Made by a program: the position numbers and the translations under genes. From positions 101,184,001-101,248,000 of the forward strand of contig JAGIQG010000003.1 of the NCBI GenBank assembly GCA_024679065.1: 64,000 nt of DNA, read 5' to 3'. Below are positions 53,945 to 64,000 of the stretch, piece after piece (the first letter of the stretch is position 1; each line of letters opens with the position of its first letter). The notes under the pieces are model-generated. The model was given only the letters and a program-made list of their open reading frames with translations. It was not told the DNA's origin and made no database searches. Source of the stretch: Sphyrna mokarran (Eukaryota).

Positions 53945-56900
53945 TTGTTTCTTCCCCCCCCCCCCCCCCCCCCCCCCCCCCCACACACACTAACAATTCT
54001 TAGCTTTCTACTGCAGCTGTAGCTGAAGTAAATGTTTTCCTTAAGTTTGAAAATAAATGAGAAAGCAAGATTTGCTCATTCCAACAGATATTTGCAAAAA
54101 AAATGTGACCGGCTTGAAACTCCATTCTGAGGCTAATTGTGTAAATATGTCAGCATGACTGCAGGTTCCAGACTCCTAATCCAGCACAAATATTGTTATT
54201 CTGTGACATCATCAGAATGAATCAAACACATGCTTCACATAATAATTTATAATTAAGTTTTACATTTGCTGGCTAGTCCCAAACTTCCTAGGATTACAGA
54301 GAAAGTAACATCTTCATGGTTTCAAGTAATCAACTTTGACACAGACTATGGCTTGTGAGGATCTATCCACTAGCGCATTACTGAAACTGTAGCGTTAATT
54401 GGAATAGCAATAGATTTCACCATTTTGCAGTTCATTATAAGGGACTTATTAATACTAATGAGTCATAATCTAATAGAATGTCATTCATTTATGAAAGCTG
54501 GTGTATAATGAGACTGTTTGCACTCATTATTATGCATTATGGTAAACTGTAAATATTAACTGCAATACAGCCTACCAAAAGTGATCTGGGGAAATAAAAA
54601 ATGACTTTTCTGAACAGCATGTGTGTTTGTAAGTCATTTATATAAAGCTTTGGGGCATCTGGAACCATGAGGTGAAAGGGGTGTCATTGCAAGTAAATTG
54701 GTAAAGCTGCCATGAAGGAAGCTATTAAACATGATTCAATGACAACATGGGAAAATGTACTGGCACCAAACTACTTTATTTCTTGTTTTATCACTAGACC
54801 ACAGTTGTAGCCCCAAGCCGCCGTGAACATATTGTTAAGATCAGTCAGTGTAATGAATTTCTGTATAATTATAATCTGCCAGCTAAAAGTAGTTGATGCA
54901 AGTAAATAATGCAGAGTGGATGGAAAATGAAATTGTAAAATTAGTATTGATAATTTGTTGAGGTTTTGCAGCTCAGTAGAGCTAAATCCCAAACATTAAG
55001 GGATGAATACAAGTTGTTAACATAAGAGAATTTGATCATTGTTCTATTGTGAAATCTTGAGGCAAAACATTTTTGTTCAACCTGTGGAGTGCTGTAACAA
55101 GTGCCTTCCAAAGATGTGGTAGCTAGCCCATAATGTGGAAGCTGTATATAAATGGGTAATTTTTTTTTGCTTGTGTTTATTCCTTAAAAAGTCCTTGGAT
55201 TCATACTGTTAGAGTTTCACTGCTCATCAAAAGTATTGGATATGCCACAGTGCACAAATGAAAAAAGGCAGGCACATAATCAATTGTTATCTACAATGTA
55301 CTCCAATTGTTTACACTAGATAGTATTGCTCAAAATAGATGGCAGTACAAATAATCTTTTTACTTTCACTAAATTAAGATGATAACTGTATCCCACAGAA
55401 GCTTTTGCAGAAATTAGTATGTGTGCAACTTGTCCACTGCTGAGGAGTTCAAAATCCCATTGTTTCTTGTCTTGTCCAATTGGGATTTTTAAAAAAAATT
55501 AAGACAATCAATTTGTTGCCTTTGATTGTATGACTTTATTAAGAAAATTAATATACGTACTAAAAATTAACTAATGTTCTTCCAGTGTGACACACAGTTT
55601 ATTTCCTTTCTCTAAATGTAACTGACCATCACCTTGAAATCTCCAGGGCAGAGAATGAGTATGAAATTAATGGCCTGCTTCAGCCCTAAGGCTATTATTT
55701 TCAATCAGCAAGGCATGGGAAAGAATCATTATTAGCTTTGAGAGTCTATCCTCTGACAAAAGATAAACATCTTGGCAATCTTTCATCACTGATATCAGTA
55801 GGAAAAGATGCTAAGATGCTATTGTTTTGATTTTGCACTATTGGGTGCAAGGTTGGCTGTAGTGAAATGACCACTTTTGACAGCAACAGTGAAAGAATTA
55901 ATTCTGGTTAAAATGTTATTACACCATCGCATTTGTGTGACAATATTCTTATCAACATATCAGTTGTGTAAAACAATATAATGTCAGAAGCATCAATTAA
56001 TTATGATATCTATAACAGCTAACTGAACAACACATGAAAGAAATGATCATGAGTGGTTCGGATCTGCCTCACTAGTGGAAAGATGGATCAGCCCACTGAT
56101 GACTTTGACTTGTTCCATTTGGTAACTGAATTTAAAAATAGATCATTTTAAAATTAATTCATATTTTATTTATGTAACTTATGTGACGATGTGAAGCATC
56201 TTTTCATTTTTTTTCCCTGGCCACATATCTGGTATGAATTTACATACAGGGTGATGATAAAGCAGAATGAAACTCAAACAATGTGCGAAGCTGTACTAAA
56301 GAGAAGGCAATTTTTCCCAATTGAAAAAGCTTCACATAATATGTTGAATTTCCCGAAGACTCATTCCTTCGTACATGCTGGTGTTGTGTGACCACTACAA
56401 GGATGTAGTAGCAAAGCTTTACACACAATGGTGGAAATACACTTCGTAATATAGGATTCAGCATTATTTGAATTAAACATCACCATTTCCTGTTGGTGTT
56501 GTTTGAGTGATAATATTTAAATGCACAGAATGAATTACAAAAACTGCCCAATATGCATTTTTGCCTAAACTTGAGGCGAGGCAGTAATGATGCTTTAAAA
56601 TTCCAAGAAATATTTTGCAAGCATCCACTAGTCAAACCCTTCCACAAGAGGCAGGCAATGAGCTGACAGTTTCATTATTTTGGGAAAAAAGCTTGTAGAT
56701 ATTTCCTGTGCCAAGTTCTCAACTACACCACTGATGATGCCTGTATCAATCCTCACACACAAAAAGGCAACTTGACTTGTCTGATCTTTTTGGAAAATTG
56801 CTTCAGAGTTCATTTCAGATTAAATATTACATTTCAAGCATAAATGCTGTTGTGTATCAATATGTCAGGTGAAATGGGAATATTCCAGTAGTAAATAAAA

Positions 56901-57244
56901 AAATATTCTTATTGCCTGGTGTTGAACTGAATTTTAATATGACATTGTCACCACTGAAAAATTTTTTGGATAAACTTTTCAGTACATTGCACATAATTTC
57001 CATGACAAGCTGACGTAATTCATGCTCTAATCGCACTTCTACAAAAAAAGTATGTTAAAAATTAATGCTGCCTACAAAACTGCATATGTTGCAGCATACA
57101 CATTCCTGGTAGCCAAGTTCACAGCTCTGCAGAGTTTTTACAACAGACTGTTCTTTGCTGTTCCAGGAATTTTGCATGCCCACAAATTCCTCCAAAAAGA
57201 CAATTTCCCTCTCGAGACATAATTCAAAATTTGTTTTTGCCAGC

Positions 57245-57628
57245 TTTGGCTCAGCTGGCAACAAATCTTGCCTCCAAGTCAAAAAGTTATGGGTTCAAGT
57301 CTCACTCCAAGTAATGCACACCAAAATGAAGGCTGCGCTGCCACTGCAGTACTGAGGGAGTTCTGCACTGTTGATAGTCAGACATTAACCCTCAGACTCT
57401 GTGTGCTCTCTCAGCTTCATATTAAAGATCCCATGACATGATTGCAAAGAGGAAGGGAACTTCCGGACTAACACGTCTCCCTCAACTGATGTCTGCGAAA
57501 ACTGGCTTTGCGCAAATCACTGCAATGTTGTCTGCATGGCAACAGTGCTTCATTTCAAAAATACTTCAATGGTTTTAAACCACTTTGAGAAATCTGGTGG
57601 CAATGAAACGTGCAATATAAATGCATCT
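57245..57628 (+). mobile_element. Deu-domain SINE
   Basis: Head tggctcagctggc...gggttcaagtctcactcca, body ctgcagtactgagggag, tail tataaatgca. Confidence 0.72.
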
Positions 57629-58610
57629 CAAAAATTACAGCCAACAGTTGGAAAGAATATGAAATGTGACCAAAATAGTGGATTTATTGAAGAGAAATTG
57701 GATGTTGTAAGGGCAAGGTGGTATAGGTTGAGCTTGAGAGGGATGGTTTTACATTGCAGAAGAGCCTTCTCAATGTCTGTTATGATTCTGTAGAAACGCT
57801 CCATTGATTAAATGTTAATTCTTGAAATTTTCAGTCTTTCTTGTGTATTGGACAAGTATGATCAAAAAGTGCAAAGAAATTCTTTAGCTGATCAAAGTAG
57901 AATCACAATTCCAATTAAGTTTCTTGAGTTTTCATATACTGAAAAGTGTTATTATTCAGGTAACGATGTTCAAATTGTTAGGATCCTTAAATTACATGAG
58001 TTTGCACCTAATCCCAGTCCTGTCGTAGTCACATCAGCCAAATGTGAAGAAATGTTTAGTTTTAAGTATCACTTCATTAAAATGAATAAGACATTGACAA
58101 GCTTTTCGGTTGCCCATATGTTCCTTTCCTTATGTATACTTCAGAAATAGATGCATCCCCATAGATTTCTAAGTTGCTTTCAGCTTATCCGTACCTTTTA
58201 TCCAGTCACTTTGACCATGGAGAACTTTCTACACCTACAGAGGTTAAACACTCTCTGGTGTTTAACCAGAGAGTCAAACACTCTCTGGTTACAGTGTATG
58301 CCTGTATATCTTCTAATTCCAATAAGTATTATCTAAACAAGGATGGCATTGATGTAATATCAAAGATGACGTTTGTTCAGGAGATCATGTAGATGTGGAA
58401 TTGGTTTGGATGGAGATGAGGAATTGCAGGTGAAAGAAGTGACAAGTGAAAGTTAGCTACAGCCACCCTCAAAGTAACCACAATATCAGTTAGAGAATAA
58501 ACATTTGTTGGGGGGGAGGGGGTGGTAGTAGTCCCATCCTGCTGTGCTAGTTCTTTAGTAAGAGATCTGACAACACCAACTTTAAAACCAACTGATTTAT
58601 TTGATAGTAA

Positions 58611-58650
58611 ACTTGCTAGCTTTCGGCCTTTGTGCCTTCGTCAGGCGAAT
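58611..58650 (-). ncRNA. Minimal type I hammerhead ribozyme, inverted copy
   Basis: Exact reverse complement of 59024-59063. Confidence 0.75.
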
Positions 58651-58690
58651 GAGGTATTCTGGTCTGCAATAGCACACATATCAGCACAGA

Positions 58691-58810
58691 CAAGGGGGCC
58701 TTCACGACACACGACAACGCAAAGCCGCTGAGCAGAGACTGATAGCCAAGTTCCGCACACATGAGGACGGTCTTAACAGGGATCTTGGCTTCAAGTCACA
58801 CTATCTGTAA
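58691..58810 (+). pseudogene. C-terminal fragment of the Penelope GIY-YIG endonuclease domain
   Basis: Reads QGGLHDTRQRKAAEQRLIAKFRTHEDGLNRDLGFKSHYL*, matching the R..E...I....T...GLN motif at the end of PLE ORFs. Confidence 0.85.
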
Positions 58811-59023
58811 CCCCCATGACTTGCCTGGGTTAGCAAAAAACCTCACTTACTGTGCTGACTGGAGACAATTCACATCTCTCTAACCTATGCTCAGTGCTCC
58901 TTCCACTCACATTAAGCCACTTTAAGACTTGAATAGCAGGTTAGGTGTAAGGATTCGCATTCTAATCAGCAATCTGTAAACTGTCTGTGCTGATATGTGT
59001 GCTATTGCAGACCAGAACATCTC

Positions 59024-59063
59024 ATTCGCCTGACGAAGGCACAAAGGCCGAAAGCTAGCAAGT
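59024..59063 (+). ncRNA. Minimal type I hammerhead ribozyme in the Penelope pseudo-LTR
   Basis: Reads attcgc-CTGACGA-a-GGC acaaag GCC-GAAA-gc-TA-gcaagt. The catalytic core is intact, stem II is 3 bp, stem III is the palindrome AGCT, and stem I is 5/6 paired. Predicted cleavage is after 59057. Confidence 0.75.
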
Positions 59064-60182
59064 TTACTATCAAATAAATTGGTTGGATTTAAAATTGGTG
59101 TTGTCAGACCTCTTACTGAGTTTACCCCAGTCCAATGCCGGCATCTCTACATCATGACTAGTTCTTTAGGGCAGCAGGCTGAGAAGCTTGAATAGTGGCC
59201 GATTTGCGCGATTCATGTTGGGCTTGCCGGCCTCCGCACATTTCCCAGCCAAAGTTATTGGTATCGATGAATCCACATTGAAAATCAGCATAATGGATAT
59301 TAGCATATATTTACATACTTTAACATTTAATTTGCGGGGTGGACAACTAGAATCTCTGCCCCCGCAAGTATCTCCCCTCTCTCTGGTGAGACGTCACACT
59401 GGCAAGGTTTACAACTGCTGAGTAAAAGTCGGGACCTGATATGGACAATGTTGAACAGGAGTAAGAAGGTAAGTGTCATGGATCTGCAGTCCAGGTGGCA
59501 GAGGAGGTTGGAGGCAGGACCTAGAAAATTTCTGCTTGCTGTGGGGAGATCCTTGGAGATTTGTAAGTGCTGTCCATTGTTGTCTCTGTGGGGTAAGGTG
59601 GATCCTTTACTGAGTGCTGGTCAGGCTGCTGTCTGCAGCCACTGGGCTGTTCCATTGCTCTGGTTGTGGGGTATAGTGAGTAACTGGGCTGAGTGCTGGG
59701 GCTTTAGGAAAGAGGGGGAAATGCATCTTGTTCTTCTTGAGTTCATCAGTTTCAGGCAGCTGGTGCTGCAAGCAGGGGTACTTATGTTAACACAGACACT
59801 CATATTCCATGTACTGTGCAGTGAATGGGAACCCATCTTGTAATAATGAGGAATCTGTCCCTGCCCCGTGTCCTTGATCTGCAACAGATGCCTGGAAAGG
59901 AATGCTACAGTTGCACTCATGGCGATGGCTCAAGGACACGCAATGGTCACCCCTGCACACCAACTTGCATGCTCTCCCTGTCAGCCTTGTTAACGATGCC
60001 AAGAGTAGGCAACTTATTCGGGTGATGCATAGCAGCAGAGATTGTGTTGTGTTGCCAGCATCCACAAGTGGGGATACTAGTCCCAGTGAGAGACTGGGGG
60101 GCAGAGCGGGGGAGAAGTGGGGTGATGCTGGGATAGTTACAAGCAATGACATGTATCTGTCAATCACTCTCTTTAATGCAGA

Positions 60183-61379
60183 ATGGATCTTGGTCTCCTT
60201 GATTTAGACTTGGCCATCATGGTGGTGGTCATCATGGAGGAGGAGGCTGCTCAGGAGATAGAGGGTGTAGGGAGGCCACTCCAGGAGCAGTCAGTGGCAG
60301 ACCCTCAGGGAGGAGGGCAGGGGGCTGCTGCTGATGGCCATGAGATGGGAGAGCAGTTTCCTAAAAGGGTGGCCAAGAGAAGAAGGATGCCGATACCTAG
60401 ATGGTACCTGACCAGAACATCATTTGAGAGGCTGTCAGAGATCATGTGCTGTTGCCGCTCTGCCTATCTTAAAGATGTGGCCGACACCTGTGTGAGGTGC
60501 TCGTATTCCTGAGGGGAGGGGTAGCCACTCGCTATCAGTAGGAGTTAAGGTAACAGCAACACAATTTCTCTCCAATAGCGTCATTTCAGGCATCCAGTGG
60601 CAACCTCTGTGGAATCTCTCAAGTTTCAGTCCATAGATATATTTGCCAGGTGACAGATACCTTTTACACCTGGACAGGCCAATATATCCATTTTGACATT
60701 GGACAGGGTCAGCAGGAGGCCCAGGCTGCAGGCTTCACCATCATTGCTGGCATATCCCATGTTCAGGGGTCAGTAGATAGGACACACATCGTCCTGCGGG
60801 CACTGCGAGGTGAAGGGCAACCATTTATCATTGAAAGGGTTTCCATTCCCTCAATGTACAAATCATTTGTGACCATCAGATGACCATGATGCAGGTTTGT
60901 GTATGTCACCCAGGGAGTACTTTCGACAGCTATGTCCTGAGATGCTCTTTGAAGGCAAGCCCAGGCTGCCAGGATGGCTCGTGGGTAACAAGGGCTACCC
61001 GCTGAGATCATGGCTGATGACGCCAGTGCAGAGGCCCGAGACTGAGGTGGCGGCCCGCTACCATGAGGCCTGTCTATCATCCAGTCCGTAGTAGAGCATT
61101 GCATTGTTAAAGGTGTGATTCCATCGCCTGGATCTTGTTGAGGCTGTCCAACAGTACAATCCTGTGCAGGCCTCACACATAATTATCGTCTGCTGCATCC
61201 TGCACAACATTGTGCAGCAGCAGGGAGACCAGCTGGAGGAAGAGGGGGACTGTCAGCACCAGGCAGAAACTTAACAGCTTGCCATATGAGGAGCTGGAGG
61301 ATAGAGGACAGGCAGCGATGGCAGGTGACCAGCAGGGCAGGGCAGCAGGAAAGGCCTGATGGCAGCCCGCTTCATGTAG
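60183..61379 (+). pseudogene. Harbinger DDE transposase pseudogene
   Basis: Motifs occur in order across frameshifts: GISQVSVHRYICQVTD, AGISHVQGSVDRTHI, KGFHSLNVQIICDH, HPGS, GWLVGNKGYPLRSWLMTP (catalytic D replaced by N), VVEHCI..LKV*FHRLD, IIIVCCILHN. The stop is at 61377-61379. Confidence 0.93.
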
Positions 61380-62039
61380 CTGGTAATGTTCAGTGTGGGG
61401 GCTGCTCCCAACACTCTTCCACTACACCCCAGAGCCCACGGCTCCACTCCTCCACAACCCAAAGCTGGCCATTCAGCCCACATGAGCCTTTCTCATTCTC
61501 ACGCTCTCACAGCCCAATAACCCCCCCCCCCCCCCCCCCCCCAGCATCCCCAACATCAAGAAACATCACAACCGATTATTGGGCCTGAGCTGGCAATGGT
61601 AATGAGACTTTGGAGCAGGCTGGAGGATGATGACGACTCACACACTGAGATCTTGCTCATGGTGCCAGTCAAGTTTGACTCCTACTTATCCTCCAAATGC
61701 ACACTACCACCTGAGCCCATGTAACAGAAAGAGTTGCAAACACAAGCGTGGGGGCAATGGATCGGGTAGGTCTGAATGTGGGTGGAGGGGGTGGGGCAGC
61801 AATGACAGGGTTGGTATTTGACTAAGGGGTCTGGGGGATGATGGGGAAAGTAGATCTTTAACTTTTGGCCAAGGCACTGATATCACGCAGTACAGCACTC
61901 TGTGCCTCGATGTGTGGAATTGGAGTATACTCAGCTCTATGGGGGGAGAATCAGGATGAAGTGTAAATAACTTTTAAGTGTGTTTTTAACATCGACAAAA
62001 ACATAACCCTGACTACTAGTGATCTTCACCCATGCCCTC

Positions 62040-63990
62040 TTAGTGACCCTATGTCTCTTTTGTCTGGCCTACTGCTTCATCTAGGTGCTCCCCCAGGATG
62101 TTGATTGTGTGGGAGCATCGGAGGTAGAGATGTACAGCTGTGATCCGCACCCATTGCCTGTGATGCCCTTGGCAGCCATCTGCTGGGGAGACCAAGACTT
62201 GCAGGTGACATTGATATTTCTGTGCCACCCTGTTCATCCAGAGGGCCATGAGGTGCCCAGATGTGGGGTAGGGGAAATGGAAAAGTCTTGGGACATCCAG
62301 AGTCTCCCAGGGGAAGGCCCTGGCATGGGCTCTAGCTCTTCCTCGGGGTGCTTAGATGCCCTGAAGACACTCCATGGCATGCCAGGGGAGCTGGACTGAA
62401 GATCTGCCAGTCCTGGAGTCCCAGAAGCATCTGTCTCATGGGCTGTGATCCCTTAGCCCTGGTCCTCTGAGACTAGTCAATCTCTGGAGCCTGTCAGCAT
62501 TAGCCCTCTGAGACCGGGCTAAGTTGTCAAGACCCATAGCCATGGGCTGCTGTGTCTCCAGAATCCCAGCAAAAGCCTCAGTCACTGTGAGTTGTATCTC
62601 TAACATGCCCCCAATACCCATGGCCATAGACCAATGTACTTCCAGGATGCCAGTGTCACCCTCGGCCATAGCCCGCTGTGTCTCCAGAATGGTCTGGACC
62701 CTGTCACCCATGAGAACAGATCACTGTGCCATATTTTCTACTGCAAATGCCATCCTTGCACTATTGGCCTGGTTAACTTGCTGTGTCGGCACCACCTCCA
62801 GCAACAGCACTCTGTTTGACTCCTCTAAACAGTCTTGCAGTCACAGCATGGTTGAAGACAGCCCATCCATAACTCCCCGGGTTTCCTGATACATTTCCAC
62901 CAGCTTTGGGATGAATGAGCCCTGAGGTCCAGCATCTGACATCCTCACCTTTGGCAGATGTCCGTGTCCCTGAGCCCTTGGATGTGCCAGCCTCCACTTG
63001 ATGTGCATCAGCAGCTGTGATGTGCTCACCAGTAAGTAACCCAGCAGCCTCAGCACTAACATGACCCACCGTCGTGACAGTCTCTGTGTTGGTGGGTTTT
63101 CTGGTTGGTGCTTGTGCTGAATTTTCAGGGCCTCCCTCTGAGGTGTCATCTGAAGAGTTTGTTCAGGAGAAGCAGGGGGTGCTGTGACACCAGAAGGGCC
63201 TGGTGCATTAGAATCTAGTTCTGTGAGAAGGAATACACATTAGAGGAAGGGAGAGAAAACAGCCCATGCAGCATGGCACTTACTTCAAAAAAGACGTAGG
63301 AATCGGGTTCTAGTGGTGCCCACTTGCATGCTGAACACTGACCTGGCGGTCGGTCACCATTAAAGTCACGTACCCTCTCCCCGCCAGATCCAGGGCACAC
63401 TGCTCACAGCCCATCAACAGCCACACAGCTCAGCAATACCCCAGTCTGTCTTTTCCCTATCACAACGGCTATGTGCGTTTTTCCCCTGTGGGGATATATG
63501 AGGGATTGAAAGGATGACGTATGGAAGAACATGGGGTGCAATGTGTGTTAGGGTTGGGAAGCTTGTGTTGACTATTTCAGGAAATGATTCCCTCCGCGGG
63601 GTGCCAAGTGAGGGGATGCCAATTGTTGGAGGCATTATTTGGGGCGGAGAGCAGTTGTTGGCTGTCCTTGAGGTGTCTGGGGATGTAAGCACAGTACATG
63701 TACAGGTTTCACAATGGGATACACATGAAATAAACAGATATTTTGCTTCCATATTCACTATAGAGGATAAAAAAAACATTCCAGTAACAGTTGTAAATCA
63801 AAAGGTGGACAGGGATGGGCCAGTTAGCTTGACCTCGGTGTGGGGAAGATGTTAGACTCGATCATTAAAGAGGTTATAGCTATTATAGGTCCCACACACG
63901 TTAAGTGTGTTCACATCCATCTTACAGCTGAGGTAAGCAACCTGGCAGCACCTCACCAGCCCTTGGCCTCATGATCACTAGAGAACTCGG
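62040..63990 (-). pseudogene. Harbinger Myb/SANT-like accessory gene remnant (intron-containing)
   Basis: An exon starts at 63485 after ccccacag| and reads GKNAHSRCDREKTDWG, resembling the (K)xAHNRRERxxTGGG tail of Harbinger Myb-like proteins. A coiled-coil-like segment lies at 62436-62711. It is convergent with the transposase. The N-terminal Myb helices are barely recognisable. Confidence 0.7.
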
Positions 63991-64000
63991 GTGTGACTCC

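Larger units (their letters stand above)
58559..59157 (+). mobile_element. 5'-truncated Penelope-like element with inverted pseudo-LTR
   Basis: There is a 136-bp inverted repeat (58557-58692 vs 58982-59117), a GIY-YIG C-terminal coding fragment, and a 40-bp 3' tail. The exact 12-bp target duplication CTAGTTCTTTAG lies at 58547-58558 and 59158-59169. Confidence 0.92.
58519..64000. mobile_element. Degenerate autonomous-type PIF/Harbinger DNA transposon (right end outside the window or lost)
   Basis: Convergent transposase (+) and Myb/SANT-like partner (-) pseudogenes in GC-elevated sequence. The left end is placed tentatively at a degenerate GGGG-starting terminus near 58519. Confidence 0.85.

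Noticed and set aside
53953-53982. Poly-C tract (others at about 14640 and 61520)
   Set aside because: Simple homopolymers, mostly within or next to TE sequence, with unreliable lengths.
60183-61379. Domesticated HARBI1 gene
   Set aside because: It has frameshifts, a stop codon, a catalytic D-to-N change and an adjacent convergent Myb partner, so it is a dead transposon.

Overview
Vertebrate nuclear DNA, almost certainly a shark or other elasmobranch (HE1-type and Deu-domain SINEs, dense CR1 LINEs). The only host gene I can support is the 5' end of TAFA1 (FAM19A1) on the minus strand, which the ORF track misses. It has a 121-nt exon (47546-47666) encoding a signal peptide, a non-coding upstream exon with three uORFs, and a probable alternative first exon near 50.9 kb, all in a CpG-rich region split by a 1.8-kb G-rich compound minisatellite. 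Positions 1-47545 are most simply the following large intron. The rest is a layered transposon landscape: CR1/L2 LINE fragments, SINEs, about nine PIF/Harbinger-type non-autonomous elements, and a decayed two-gene Harbinger (transposase plus Myb/SANT partner) at 58.5-64 kb. The most notable items are a Penelope-like insertion carrying two opposed minimal hammerhead ribozymes, a loop-less 165-bp palindrome, and a U2 snRNA 5' fragment fused to unknown sequence. I found no evidence of a wholly new system. Family assignments are from recalled motifs, not database searches, and repeat boundaries are approximate.
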